DNA from: Eledone cirrhosa
Taxonomy: Eukaryota
Length of the DNA: 64,000 bases
Direction: 5' to 3'
NCBI GenBank assembly: GCA_964016885.1
Contig: OZ024741.1
Coordinates: 140,058,001-140,122,000, forward strand
The notes under the pieces are model-generated. The model saw only the letters and a program-made list of their open reading frames with translations. It did no database searches and had not been told where the DNA came from. Positions 25,287 through 43,325 of this stretch are shown here, in pieces. Numbering within the stretch: position 1 is the first letter of the stretch; every line of letters begins with the position of its first letter. The position numbers and the translations under genes were made by a program.

Positions 25287-26246
25287 GGAAGGGACTGCCT
25301 AACGCAACTCCTGCATCACTTTCACGATGTTTTGAGAGCCTTGGGAGAGGGCTCCAACACTGATGTCATCTACCTTGACTTCAGCAAGGCCTTCGACAGG
25401 GTTGATCATAAGACTCTACTGAAAAAACTATCTAATGTCAGTGTCTCTGGAAGGTTACTACAGTGGATCAAATGTTTCCTGACAGGCAGAACAAAGCATG
25501 TTGTAGTCGAAGGAGTAAAATCAAGTCCTGCCAAAATCACCAGTGGCGTCTCACAAGGCAATGTGTTGGGACCACTTCCTTTCATCATCTACATTAATGA
25601 CATTATAGGCATCATCAAGCACAGCTACATCAGAATCTTTGCAGATGATTCCAAGCTCCAAAGGGTCATCGATGAGGTGGGTGACCGTACTTGCCTTCAT
25701 TCGGACCTACTGCCTGTTATCCAAGGGGCAGAAATGAATAATATGGCATGACTGGCCTTCACTATTGGAGTCGATTAGAAATGCTTAAACTTTATTCTCT
25801 CCAGCGTCGCCGTGAGCGCTATATTATCTGTATGATGTGGAAATTACTCCATCAGCTTTGCCCAAATGATGTTGGCACCACCTTTAGTGTACAACCAAGG
25901 CTTGGGCCCTGTGCTATCCGCCCACGACAGAAGTCTCACTCGCATTAAATAACAACAATACGGCACAATTATTTCACCTCAATTGGCCCTGCACTCTTTA
26001 ATATTACACCAAGACACATCAAAGCAGAGACAGATCCCATCAAGTTCAAGAAGTATTTGGATAAATTCCTTCAAGAAATCCCGGATAAGCCTCCTACACA
26101 AGGATATGCCTCCGTAAACAATAACTCCCTGCTCGAGTGGGCCATGGTGCCCAAACACTGATTTGTAAGACTTCGCCAGGTGGTGCTATTAAGTTAGACC
26201 TGGCCTGGGCCAATACTAGCCGAAACCTATCAAAGTTATCAAGTTT
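25287..26246 (+). mobile_element. 5'-truncated CR1-like LINE with internal deletion
   Basis: [38 protein letters not shown], then a jump at ~25748 to YWSRLEMLKLYSLQRRRERY. Confidence 0.88.
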
Positions 26247-26255
26247 ATATTTATT

Positions 26256-26344
<89 letters not shown>

Positions 26345-26451
26345 ATATATATATATTTATATATATATGTATGTATATACATGTATATATATATGAGAGT
26401 ATATCTATATATATATATATATATGTGAGGGTCATGTTGCCAATATATGTT

Positions 26452-26488
<37 letters not shown>

Positions 26489-26651
26489 GTATATATATAT
26501 ATCTATGTATATATATTATATATATATATATGTATATGCATATATATATATGTATATATATATATGTATATATAGGTATATATATATATATATATATGTA
26601 CAGTATATATATGTATATATATATGTATATACATATGTGTATGTATATATA

Positions 26652-27031
26652 CATTAGTTAAGCAAAACAAGACCACACATTTCACAAGAAAGACATTGTT
26701 ATATGATTGTTAACATAGTTTTAGTTTAATGTAAGGAATGTAAAGAATAATAATAATAAGACTAATAATGTCCGTTTACAATTGTTTCGCTCCCCCATAT
26801 ACTGTTTCTAGATCAAATGATTATAGATCATTATTGATCTGGTTCAGTTGAAGATAATTAATCATTTGATCCAGAAACATTATATGGAGTAGCGAAACAA
26901 TTGTAAACGGATATTATTAGTATTATTATTATTATACTTTACATTCCTTACATTAAACTAAAAACTATGTTGACAATCTTTTAATAATGTCTTCCTTGTG
27001 AAATTTGTGGTCTTGTTTTGCTTAACTAATG
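26652..27031. repeat. ~380-bp diverged palindrome (pLTR-like)
   Basis: 26652-26823 is the reverse complement of 26859-27031. The arms carry the hammerhead 3'-half signature GAAA-CAATTG-TA. Confidence 0.9.
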
Positions 27032-27209
27032 AATATTTCCAGTTCTGTGCACCTAACCTCTGCATGAACCTTGCTACCTAGCTTCCTTCCACTGCATATT
27101 GCACATTGAGCACATGCCTTTACACTTTGGCCTCTCACTAATTCACCAATCTCTCTTCTCCTCTCCATTCTCCATCTCTCTCTTTAAGATTGGTTACTCT
27201 TGAACTGTG

Positions 27210-28568
<1,359 letters not shown>

Positions 28569-28670
28569 ATAATCGATCATGGCTAAACGATCGATCTAAC
28601 CCTTATTTAAACATATGTCGTGATTAAAATGATTGGAAATGTATACTATGCCTCCGGGTTTTATTTTGAT

Positions 28671-28742
<72 letters not shown>

Positions 28743-28840
28743 AAATAAAATCCGAAGGCATGGTATTAATTTCCAATCATTTTAATCACGACACATGTAT
28801 CAATAAGAGATAGATCGATCGTTTAGCCATGATTGATTAT
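28569..28840. repeat. ~104-bp inverted repeat around a (TA)n spacer, with a third copy at 30335-30413
   Basis: 28569-28672 is the reverse complement of 28737-28840. Confidence 0.9.
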
Positions 28841-30544
28841 TACTGAACTCGTCAGGTGAAAATGAATTGTCTTCAAATCCTTGATATGAGGGAGAAAAAT
28901 TAACGGTGTTCACTCCCAGAGTTTAGTCACTCATATGAAGATCAAGCAGTCAAAACACGGCGACTGCTATCGTCCTCAGTCAGGGTCATAAAACTATTAA
29001 GTCTCTATTTCCCAATAGCTGTAAAAGACGCTGGACATCAATCAAATCTTTAGAATTAGAGTCGGCCACAGTTAATGTGAATGGGTACACACACACTCAC
29101 ACACACATGACGCGAGGTCAAAGAATAAATATATATATTTATACATATTCCAACATAGTATCAAATCTGCAGAACTATAGAGGGTCACAGTTAGTGTGAG
29201 TGAGTACACACACACTCACATACACCGACGTGAGGTCAAAGAAAAAATATAAATATATCAACATAGTATTCACCGAAAGTTAGTTTACAAAACAACAAAT
29301 GTTATATTGGTCAAATCACAATTTGACGATGTAAATTGGAAAAGTTGGGTCAACCGCAACCCTATACACACGCAAGTAAGTTCAGTTCAATGTTCTGATA
29401 TACGTGTATAGATTGAATTGTAACATCCGTATCTCCACATAGTGTATGTTATGGTATATACACATCCGTATCATCCAAAAAAGTGTGTTTAGGTATATAC
29501 ACATCCATGTGAAGAGCAAGTAATCAGCTCATATCGAACTCAGTATGTGCCGGTGTCCCATTGAGAATCTGAGTCACCAAATCTCTGCGTGCAAGCAACC
29601 GCTATGTAGGCCACCAACGGGCTATGTGTAGGGTTGGGTACTTGGGTTAAGGTGTCAGTATGTGCGATTTCCGGTCATATGGGTCCTTGAGCTTTTAAGA
29701 TAGGTGTTTGAGTGGTGGAGGTGTGTATCCAACACAAAAGGCAAAATAAAATAACAAAGAATAGCAAAACCCAGAGAATATGTGTAGGCCCATTAATGGT
29801 GTGTAAGTATTATTGTCCAACCTGTAACCGTGAGCACTCCATGGTTAGATGATCACGGATCAAAACCTAGTGTAGTGTTCAATTGATAGGAACGTGACCA
29901 GTAATAACTGTGGGAACACAGTGTCTAAAGAAACCGGGTATTGTGTGTAGAGTTATGTATAGAGAGCGTAAATAGTCTTAACTGTGTGTGTAATGCGTCT
30001 AGCTATATCCTAACCAAGAGAACTCAATGGTTAGGATATCCTAAAGTAATGGTGAATGCGCGTAATCGGTCTTACCTGAGTGTGTAATCATTCTAACTAT
30101 TTACTAACTAGGTGTTCTAATGTGCACTCAGCTGTGAGAACTCTGTAGAAACAGGCCCAGTACCGTTTGAAAGTGCGCAAACGATCTTAGCTGTCTAACT
30201 ACCTGAGTGTGTGATTGTCTGTTTTTTGCTAATTGAGGGAACTCTATGGCTAAGGTAGAGAGGGAGGAGTTAGTTGTAGGTTACTTTCCAAAAATCCTGC
30301 GGAAGGTTTTCGAGGTTCTATGTTGTCTGTTGCTGATCTATCACTTATTGAAACATGTGTCGTGATTAAAATGATTGGAAATTTATACCATGCCTTCGGA
30401 TCTTTATTTTGATTCAAATACTCCGTTTTACATCATCTAGCTGTTCCCATAAATGGAATTGGAGATATACAAAAGCGGGGAAAACTTAATATTCCTAACA
30501 AAAATGTATTGGACCGTTTGACACAACCAATAATGCACCTTACT

Positions 30545-31850
<1,306 letters not shown>

Positions 31851-31998
31851 TACGTATGGATTCACCGAACATTTATTATAATGCTCGGCGTGTTTGTAAA
31901 CAAATATCCCGTATTAAGCCGTAGTGTCTAGCAAGCATCGTTGCTCGTTTGTTCAACACTGACAAAGGAACGGGATGTTTGTTTATACGGGATGTATA

Positions 31999-34900
31999 GG
32001 CCAGGTGTCATACCGACAGCCATTGCCGGCATCCCAAAAGTCACACCAGTGCTGTTGCTGAATGTCAGAGGCCTGTTGAAACACACTACCATGTGTAAAA
32101 CTTCCTACCTTGCAGACTCACCCATAAGCAATCAAGCATTATGCATGGCACTAACCGAAACGCACCTGACAAGCAGTATAGCAGATGCAGAGATACATAT
32201 ACCGAAATATACTGTATTTCGTTCGGACAGGAAGGAGAGAACTCATGGTGTGGTTCCTTTGTATATCCGTGAAGATGTCACAGCAATTGTACTGTTGACA
32301 CATTCAAACTCAGTCTGTGACACACTGATAGTACACGTGAAGCAACTAAAGACAGTAATTTGTGTCACATATCGGCTGCCCGATGCCCGCAGTCATGAGG
32401 GTAAATTTGAGGATAGCCTCAGTAGGATAGAAGATGTTCTTGACAAACTGGACCAAGGTCTCAACATTCTACTGCTGGGAGACTTCAACCTGCCAAAGGT
32501 CAAATGGCCTAAAGGTCACCTCCTCCCTGGATTGATGTCAATAGAACAGAGACAGACGGAGTCCCTGCTGGCCCTCACACACACAGGCTGTTCATGGAAC
32601 AAGCAGTACTCCTCCCAACAAGAGGCGAACATGTCCTTGACCTCTGTTTTACAAACAATGAAGTGCTCGTCCACAATGTAAAGGTGACACCAACAATTTT
32701 TTCGGATCATAACTTAGTAGAACTAATGATCTGTGGTCCGAGAGAACCAACAGAGAAGCACCAGGACCTTATCCAGCCTTAACTTCTACAAGGCTAACTG
32801 GAAAAAGATTAAGAGAGAAATCCGGAAGCAAATATGGAGCGAAAACGCCGCCACACAAGACACCAACACACAATTTCAACATTTCATGACGACGATACAC
32901 ACTATATGGAAAAAATTTGTCCCGGAGAAAAAGGAAAACAGACTCAACAATCTTATTCCCAGAGATAGGAAAATCCTTGAGTCCAAGAACCAAGCTCTCA
33001 AACCAGTTGAATGCACAAAGAGAAAACAAAAACAAGAAAGAATCCTATTTGAAACGTGCACTACTTGACACCGAGATCGCACTCAAACTTTCCCATGAAA
33101 TTGAGAGGGCAAAGAAAGAAAGCAGGGCCAAAGAAAATATTAAAACAAACCCTAAGGCCTTCTTTAAATTTGCTAAAGAAACTGCCTCGGTACACTGCAA
33201 GATTGGGCTACTCTTCTATACAGACAGTTCATTAACTGAGAATCCCAAAGAGATAAGTGAAATACTGAACGAACAGTACAAAAGTGTGTTCACATGTCCA
33301 CTGATTCACATGCAAATAACAAAGCCAGAGGAGGTATCTGATGCCACAACACTACATGAAGAAATGGCGACCATCAACCACATAGACATAACGGAGGAAG
33401 ATGTGGTATACGCCATAGATGAAATTAGAACACACTCAGCTGCTGGACCTGATGGATTCCCAGCAGTTCTCTTAAAAACATGTAAGCGGGCCTTAGCAAC
33501 TCAACTGAAGACGCTCTTCAGAAGCTCCTTGTCTAGCAGTACACTACCCAGGGAGCTGAAAGAAGGCACAATATACCCTATCGATAAAGGAGGTTGCAGA
33601 GCGGAGGCCAAAACCTATAGCCCAGTCTCCCTGACGTCACATATCATTAAGGTCATGGAGCGAGTCATCAGAAAGAAATTGATCACTTTCCTCGAGGAAA
33701 ATGACCGCCTGACTAGCACTCAGCATGGCTTTCGCCCAGGAAGAAGCTGCCTTACACAACTGCTACATCACTACAACTGGGTACTGAAACAACTGCTAGA
33801 CAGCTCACATGTGGACGTGATATATATTGACTTTGTGAAGGCCTTTGACAACGTCGAACACGGAATGATATGTCACAAACTACACGGACTCGGCATAACT
33901 GGAAATGTAGGTGAGTGGCTGCACTACTTCTTAAAGGACAAAAGCCATACAGTCGCAGCAAACAAGGCCCTCTCAAAGGAAACATCAATAACAAGTGGGG
34001 TGCCCCAAGGCACAGTCCTGGGACCACTACTGTTTTTGGTGGCTCTCTCGTACATGCCCTCTGTAGTACATACAACAACATCCCTCACTAGCTATGCTGA
34101 TAACACTAAAGTAGCACAGGCAATAAAAAACCCGGCTGACGCTGCCCTTTTACAACAGATCTGGATGTCATATACAAATGGGCGGAAGACAACAACATGC
34201 AGATTAATGCTGGCAAATTCCAAGCCCTACAATACAAACCTGCAAACACAAATACAGTACAACAGAGTTACGCAGGACCAGGAGAGACCGATATCCCCGT
34301 GTCAAAATCGATACGAGACCTGGGTATAGACATGAGCGACGATGAATCATTTTCTTCACACATCTTGAAAGTGGCGATAATGTGCAGACGACTCGCTGGC
34401 TGGATCTTGAGGACTTAACGGACAAGAGACCGAGACACCATGTTGACACTATGGAGGACATTTGTCCTAAGCCGCCTGTACTATTGCTCCCATAGTCACC
34501 CCATAGTATCAGACTAACGGAGCTTGAGGCAATCCAGCGAAGCTACACCAAGAGGATTGCCACGATGAAGGAGATAAGCTACTGGGAGAGGCTACAAGAA
34601 CTGAACCTCTACTCCTTGGAACGAAGACAGGAGAGATACATAGTGATCTACATGTGGAGAATCCTGGAGGGACTAGCACCAAATTTTGGCATTGGGAGCT
34701 GGACCAACCGTCGAACTGGATGTCACTGTGTGGTGCCAAAGGTCCCGTCTCCCACAGCTAGAATAAGGAGCAGATATTGCAATAGCCTGAGGTTCAGGGG
34801 CCCTTAAATCTTCAAAAAGCTGCCGAGAGATCTCAGAGATCTGCATGGTGTGGATTTGGATGTCTTCAACAACATCTCGACAACTTTCTATCCAGGATCC

Positions 34901-35070
34901 CGGATGAGCCCACAGCTCGGCACAAGGGAAACCTAAGGGCAGCAGAAACAAATTCCATCTTGTACCAGTGGCCAACCAATACAGGCTAGAGATAAAATGT
35001 GTAGCAAAAGGGGCGGTGCGCCAGCATGGCCTCAGCCGGATGGCTGAAACAGGTAATAGTGTAAAAGAGT
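31999..35070 (+). mobile_element. CR1-like LINE ORF2 (APE + RT), frameshifted, with 3' end
   Basis: LNVRGL, ALTETHL, LLGDFNLP, SDHNLV, AAGPDG, QHGFRPGRSCLTQLL, GVPQGTVLGPLLF, YADN, SYWERLQELNLYSLERR. Confidence 0.92.
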
Positions 35071-35131
35071 AAATATATATATACATATATATATACATAT
35101 AAATATATATACATATATATATACATATATA

Positions 35132-35167
<36 letters not shown>

Positions 35168-35662
35168 AATATATACATATATATATATATACATATATAT
35201 ATACATATATATATACATACATATATATATATACATACATATATATATACATACATATATATATACATACATATATATATACATACATATATATATACAT
35301 ACATATATATATACATCCATATATATATATATACTTAGATATATACATATATAGGATATATATACATACATAGATATATACATACATACATATATATATA
35401 CATCCATATATATATATATACTTAGATATATACATATATAGGATATATACATACATAGATATATACATACATAGATATATACATACATAGATATATACAT
35501 ACATACATATATACATACATACATATATACATACATAGATATATATATACATAGATATATATATACATACATATATACATACATATATAGATACATACAT
35601 ATATATATACATACATACATACATACATACATACATACATACATACATACATAATACATACA

Positions 35663-35698
<36 letters not shown>

Positions 35699-35713
35699 TA
35701 CATACATACATAC

Positions 35714-38700
35714 TGACAGACAAAGAGAATGGCCAGCTAAATCTAACAGTGAACAGCTCATCAACAATTTGCTGAAATCCATCCCACTTCCTCTGAAGAA
35801 CAGCGAGAAAGGTCAGCTAACTCTAGTAGTAATTGTCACCACATCAACAACGAAGCTGAAATTCATGACTCTACTTAACAAACAGAGCACCAAAAACGTG
35901 TGGGCTCCCTACAAGTGATATGGAACAATATGTTTCAAGAGATACACAGCCTTAATGTGAGTGACAGACCATACAACACTAGAGGCAGTAAAGAAACCAC
36001 TAAATTGGAATTGGAAGCGGTGAACGAAATAGCTGGCAGTTATCTGAAGGCGATACGATCTAAAGGTGTAGAAACGACATTTGAAACGCTTAATGTTTTG
36101 TTATACGTTTCAGCTGTCACATTGCTATCATATAACACACATCTAAAACCACGCAATCAAGATACAAGCAGAAAGCCTGAACCAGCGTGGATGCGAAATT
36201 TAAAATCCAAAATGTTGTCCCTGAGACGAAGTATCTCACACATCGCAGTCGTTATGAAATGCAACATAGAGAGCAACTTCACACGACACCAGGAAGACCC
36301 AAAGAAAAAGTTAGAGAGACGATTTGGAGATACACAATTTAAAACTTTGAACTCCAAATTACACCAGTTGAAACAACGACTCACAGCTACAACAGAAAGA
36401 CTGAAATATAAGTCAACAGCACATAAACGACAAGTGCTAAATAGATTGTTTGCCAGAGATCCTAAATCAGTTTATCGCAGCTTCGGTGGCAAAAGCTCAA
36501 TCTCTGTAAATGACACCCCTTCAAAAGAACAGGTTGAGAGCTACTGGAGATATGTATGGGAAACGGATGACGGATTCAACAGACAAGCTAATTGGCTAAA
36601 AGAACTGGAACAGGACTACTGCCAACATGTCCAGACAAAACAATATGACATAGATGGGTCAATACTGGAAACAGCTCTACAGAAAATGTCGAATAGGAAA
36701 TCGCCAGGCCCAGACCTCATTACAGGATACTGGTTGAAGAATTTCACTTTCTATCGGCAAGATCTCATACGGCTGTTTACAGAAACCATTAAGGGCACAC
36801 AACAACTGCCCAGATGGTTATCAACTGCCTCTACTCTCCTCATTCCCCAAAATAGCCAAACCACCCTTGCTAAAAATTACCGCCCAATTGCCTGCCAAAA
36901 CATCATGTATAAATTATATACTGGGTGCCTTTACCTGTTCTTACAGGATCACTGTGCTACCAACAACATCATAACACCTGAGCAAGCTGGTGGAAAGAGG
37001 GAGGTGTGGGGTTGCATAGATCACCTACTAACTAACAAAATGATTCAGGAAAAAACAACAAAGAATCGCAGAAACATGATGTCGTGTGGCTGGACTATCA
37101 AAAGCATTTGATAGTGTACCTCATGGGTGGATTGTTAAGGCTTTTCAGTTAGCTAAAGTCCCACAACCATTGGTAGCTGCTGTTGAACGCCTGACCAAGA
37201 ACTGGTACACCAGTTTGATCCTTAGAGGTGAGAAGGAGCAGGTTAAGACTGATAAGATACATTACCAGAAGGGCATCTTTCAGGGTGATAGCTTGTCAGT
37301 GCTACTCTTCGTTCTCTTACTGAATCCACTATCTTACCTACTCAGGAAACAAGGTGGACAAAGAAGTGGGCCCAGAAGTATCTCCCATCTTTTCTTTGTT
37401 GATGACCTGAAGTTGTATGGGCCAAATATCAATGACATCAAGAAACAATTGGACCTCATTACACAATTTTCAACCGACATCAAAATGAAATTTGGTGAGT
37501 CCAAGTGTGCATATTTGGCAGTAAAACGTGGAAGAGCTGTGCCCTCCTCTAGAAATCTAGAGATGAACGGCCTGACAATACAACCGCTGCAGTCAGGTGA
37601 CAACTACAGATATCTTGGACAGGATGAGAATGTCAGATATGATGGACCCATAAATAAGGAGAGAACCAGAACTGAATACCTCAGAAGAGTAAAGAAAATA
37701 TGGTCATCAGAACTGTCAGCATACAACAAATACATTGCCAACAATACTTATGCTGTGCCAATTCTAACGCCAACATTTGGCCTACTGAACTGGTCATTGC
37801 AAGAACTAAGTGAGATGGATGTTAGAACTCGAAAACTTCTCAGTGTTACTGGGAACTTTAACACCAATGGTGATGTGGATAGGCTATACTTCTCACGCAA
37901 GGAAGGTGGCCGGGGTCTAAAATCAATATTAACAACATATGAGACCCGGATAGTAACACTGAAGCAACACCTTCAGCAGAGGAAAAAGGTTGGCAACCAT
38001 CTTGCCCAGGTTTATGACCATGAAAAAAGAAATATCATTAGAATAGCGACTGATCTGGAGGAGAGATATGGAATAAAGCCTGATATAAATCTCTCACCCA
38101 GAGAAATCGGAAGATCCTATTTAATGTTCAAACAAGATAAAAAAATTGACCAATTTACAGAAAAAGTTGTGCATGGATACTTGAGGCGTAAAACACAGAC
38201 CATAGAGGGGATAAACCACTCAAAAAGCCTGGCATGGAGTTCCGACAAATTTATAACATCACACCTTGAGGGATATCTCTATGCAATACAGGAACAAGAA
38301 CTCCCTACCAAATACCTGCTGCACAAAAGAGGAGGGCCAGCAGCTGACAATAAATTTAGGCTATGTAAAACAAAGATCGAGGATGTAAGCCACATTGTTG
38401 CCAGCTGCGAAAGAATGTCATCTCGCTACTACCTCCCCATGAGACACGATGGGATAGCTAGAACCATCTGGAACGCACTTCGGAAAACAAAATTAACAAC
38501 AAACGAGGAAGAATATATTGAGACAGATGGCACTAAGGAATACTGGTGGAACCTGAAGATAAAAACTGCCACCAAATTAAAGCACAACCGGCCTGATATT
38601 GTAGTTTGGGACCACGCATTGAAAACGTGTTCTGTTGTGGAGATCAGCTGCCCACTTGATGTAAACGTTGTCAGAAAAATACAGGAGAAGGAGGACATCT

Positions 38701-38780
38701 ACGGACCATTGATGAGGAGTTTACAAATCCAGTATCCAAGATACACCTTTAGCTTCATACCCATCATTATTGGTGCTACG
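35714..38780 (+). mobile_element. R4/Dong-like non-LTR retrotransposon (RT + CCHC + restriction-like endonuclease), one frameshift, 3' end replaced
   Basis: KSPGPD, NYRPIAC, KAFDSVPH, GIFQGDSLS, FVDD, YLG, GGRGL, (F)RLC..H....C, RHD, RPDIV, VEISCP. Frameshift at ~37085. Confidence 0.88.
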
Positions 38781-38854
38781 GAGATGAAATCGAAAATGCA
38801 ACTGGAGTCTTATTTTTTAATTTTTTTTTTTTTAAATATATATATTTATTTGGT

Positions 38855-38894
38855 TCCATTACCGGTTTCGCAGTTCTTGTGCTTTTCAAAAGTA
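38855..38894 (-). ncRNA. Variant hammerhead motif, UUGAAAA core (family D, left arm)
   Basis: CUU-UUGAAAA-GCAC aagaa CUGC-GAAA-CCGG-UA-AUG; stems weakened by mismatches. Confidence 0.5.
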
Positions 38895-38966
38895 GAGTTG
38901 AGATGGAGGGTCTGTGGTTTTCTCACATCTGGTGTGAGAAAAACCACTGACCCTCCATCTCAACTC

Positions 38967-39006
38967 TACTTTTGAAAAGCAGAAGAACTGCGAAACCGGT
39001 AAAGGA
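38967..39006 (+). ncRNA. Variant hammerhead motif, UUGAAAA core (family D, right arm)
   Basis: CUU-UUGAAAA-GCAG aagaa CUGC-GAAA-CCGG-UA-AAG, with palindromic stem III ACCGGU. Confidence 0.62.
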
Positions 39007-39085
39007 ACCAAATAAATATATATATTTAAAAAAAAATATATATATATATAAGACTCCAGTTGCATTTTCGATTTCATCTCTTTTT

Positions 39086-40110
<1,025 letters not shown>

Positions 40111-40901
40111 CACATATAGCATTGTTTGTCCTGTGACTCTAAATAAATTATAGTTCAGTTTCCAATTAGACTAACTAAGTACTTATTGCTTTTTGCTCAC
40201 CTACTCAAATGTATATGATTGTGTTAAAGCAATATATTGTGATAAGTAAGTTGTTTGTAGTCAATCAAATTATAGAGTAGACAAGTTACAGTTTCATATC
40301 ATAAAACAAAAACAATAAATATAATTTGTCTATGCAAATGCCATAAATATATAGCGAAACAAATTGGTTGCTTTTCTTTTGGGCGTTTAGAACGTGGTTT
40401 TGGAGATAAAATAGAATGTTAAGTAATACCGCTGTAGAATTTCAAAATAGAATTTATATCACATTATTTGCATATTATGGTGTTAGTGAATAACAATCAA
40501 AGCATTCTTTGTCTTAAAGAACAGAAGAAAGAAACAAAATGTATTCGTTATCTGTTCTCGTAATAGATTGGTTTTAGAACATTCAGTTTTTGTGCAACCT
40601 GAGGTTCCTGGTATATCCAAACAACAAACGTATACATATTTTATAATTGAATACACATTCGCTTGCTGACATAATTTTCGAATTTGGGAGGTGAATTGGT
40701 GCATAGGTAAAGCTTGGAACCAAATTTCTTTGTACATTACGTTCTAAATTCAAGTTATAACAATGTCCTTTTTGGATTTCAGATTTTCTGTGTCAACAAA
40801 ATAGTGTACCAAGCGAAAACTGGGATTGATATAATTAATTTTATCCTACCTCTAAAAATACTGGCCGAGTGCCTGTATGAACAATATTTCGACTGACAAA
40901 A

Positions 40902-41087
40902 CGGTGGATTGGCAGTATCGGTAGAGGGTCAGGCACGATGCTTTCAAGCATAGAGTTACGTCCCTTTATGGTCTGAGTTCAATCCCGTCGAGGTTAACTT
41001 TTCCTTTCATCCTTACGGGGTCGATACATAAAGTACCAGTAATTACTGGGTAATTGCTGGCCTTGTGCCAAAAGTAGAAACAATTAT
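40902..41087 (+). mobile_element. tRNA-derived SINE (family 1)
   Basis: TGGCAGTATCGG...GAGTTCAATCCC...GTAGAAACAATTAT. Confidence 0.88.
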
Positions 41088-42495
41088 CTGTTTATGAAAT
41101 CTCAATATATATATATATATATATATTTGGCAGAACACGCCTTTGTAGATTTAGGTGAATGTTTTAACGACAGGGGCTGTCTCCCCATGTCATGAAATGC
41201 AACGTAAAATGAAGCGTGTTGCTGCAGAGCATGACGCATCTCCCAGATTAGGAATAGAACCTACGACCTAATGATCATAAACTTCGAACCGCAATCACTA
41301 GTCGACTCTATTTCATAAAGTAACAAATGTTTACTACGAGCGGATCCAAACATGTCATGAGTTATACATGAAAATACTTTTATGCGTGTTCGCTAAAACA
41401 CATATATTCGAAGGATTAGCCATGAATATATCTGCACCAGTGATAAAAAGATATATTTCACACGCAATATGTCGATAGAAAATATTGTTTCAGATCCAAG
41501 ATATACAGAAAACTTTAAACAGTATCATTCAGCTTTATGAGAAGATGATTATTTCAAATGGCCCCACTCATCCATAACTGTGGTGATTGAGGATTGAGAC
41601 TAACAGAATTAACCGATATACTAATAAAACAATACAGAAAGAACCACATCCAATGATTCCTAAATTTACAATGCACCACACGACAGTATGACAAATACAT
41701 AGTATAATTCCACGAATGTAAAGATATTGTGCAAGTACTGAGCTATTATAAATCATTGACAGTAGAACCTCGAAGATATATTGTCACGAATAATGGATAG
41801 CTAACACAAATAGATACCAAACATAAGTGAAACGAATAAATACGGAATCACCATATATATGGCTGTAGCTGAAATCCCATTTACGGTGAAAATAACGTAG
41901 AAAGAACGACAACAATCTAAGAGAAGAAATTTGCTATGATAAAGCAGTGTCAGGAATATCCCCCACATGTCAGATACAAGAAAAAAATGAATAGCAAAAG
42001 AGATAAAGAAAATTACCAAGACTAGCTGAGAAGCGCAAACCTCAACAGTGATTTATCAAGATATTAAATATCAGAAGTGTTGTGTATTATTATTATTGAT
42101 AAATGATTTTTCAAGTACTGTTTCTTCCCTCTATTTACATATCTGTATGATTGAACATAGCAATGGTTCTCTTTCGTATATCATATTTGTTAAGATAATT
42201 GTATAGTCACCAAATAATGATGTTTCTCCTTTAACGATTCTTGTCTTTCTGTTTTCGTAATTTTTATTTATTTTTGTTACATCTTTTATTCGTGAACAAT
42301 ATATCTCTTAGCGGTGAAAGTTACAGATAGTTCATCACAGGCTTTTGTTAAGATGCTGTATTTTGGAAATAGAAAATATTGCTAAACAGAAAATAAACAT
42401 TTTCCTTCTTTCATAATCTATACCTCGAGAGAAAAGTAATAAAAGACAACAGTGAAATATTTCCAGTTTTTATTTTGTGAATACTACAATAGATA

Positions 42496-42560
42496 AGGCG
42501 TGTGGTTTAGTAGTTAAAATGATCGGGTTACAACAATAGAGACGTGAGTTCGATTCCGCT
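42496..42560 (+). mobile_element. Degenerate tRNA-like SINE head
   Basis: TGGTTTAGTAGTT (A-box-like) and GAGTTCGATTCC (B-box); no proper cloverleaf. Confidence 0.5.
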
Positions 42561-43255
42561 GTTCTATTCCATGCTGGTACGAAAACCATGTTGTAATTCA
42601 GAGTCCCAGTAACTTCATGCACAATTCGTGATATAGAATCTTCTTGGGATTTTCGTTATGGGAGCACGTGTTAATGAAATGATTAGTCAATATCATGAGT
42701 AAGCTGTTGCATTGAACGAGAAAATGCAGCACATAACGTCGGGACCTACAGATGTAAAAGGAATATTTTTGATTTACACATAAAGAAGTTGATAAAAAAG
42801 ACTACCATCCAATTTTTATTTTCGCTTTAAATATGTATATTAGAGATTACACATCAGTCTCTCAATAAAACGAAATGTTTAAGAAATCAATATATAAAAA
42901 TATGTATACACTTGGGTATCGCGTATACAACTATAATTGATGATATAATTAAACGTGACATAACTTTACAAATCATTCGATTACACTCATTATTTTCAGT
43001 AGACGTTAGTTTTCAACTGTCTATAGTAGATGCGTAGGAAAGGGGTGGTTGAGTTGTTTGAAGGTCACTAAGATGGTTTTGTGGGATATGTTTCACCTGT
43101 CGGGACTCTAACTACAGAAAATCACATCTACATCAACTTTCTCGCTTGTCGGTCAATAAATATAGGACCAATCAATACACGGGTCGTTTCTTATGTTGTC
43201 GATTTTTCTGACATTCTCTCTCTTCCTCTATACCTCTCTCTACCTCTATACCTCT

Positions 43256-43325
<70 letters not shown>

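Larger units (their letters stand above)
38781..39080. repeat. 300-bp palindrome (pLTR-like dimer, family D)
   Basis: Arms 38781-38927 and 38933-39080 with 5-nt spacer TCTGG. Confidence 0.95.

Noticed and set aside
28575-28626. Hammerhead in the 28.6/28.8/30.3 kb repeat
   Set aside because: Core reads CTAAACGA and the cleavage triplet would end in G; too degenerate
31897-31985. 16-bp inverted repeat, possible tiny MITE
   Set aside because: Single occurrence with no clear TSD
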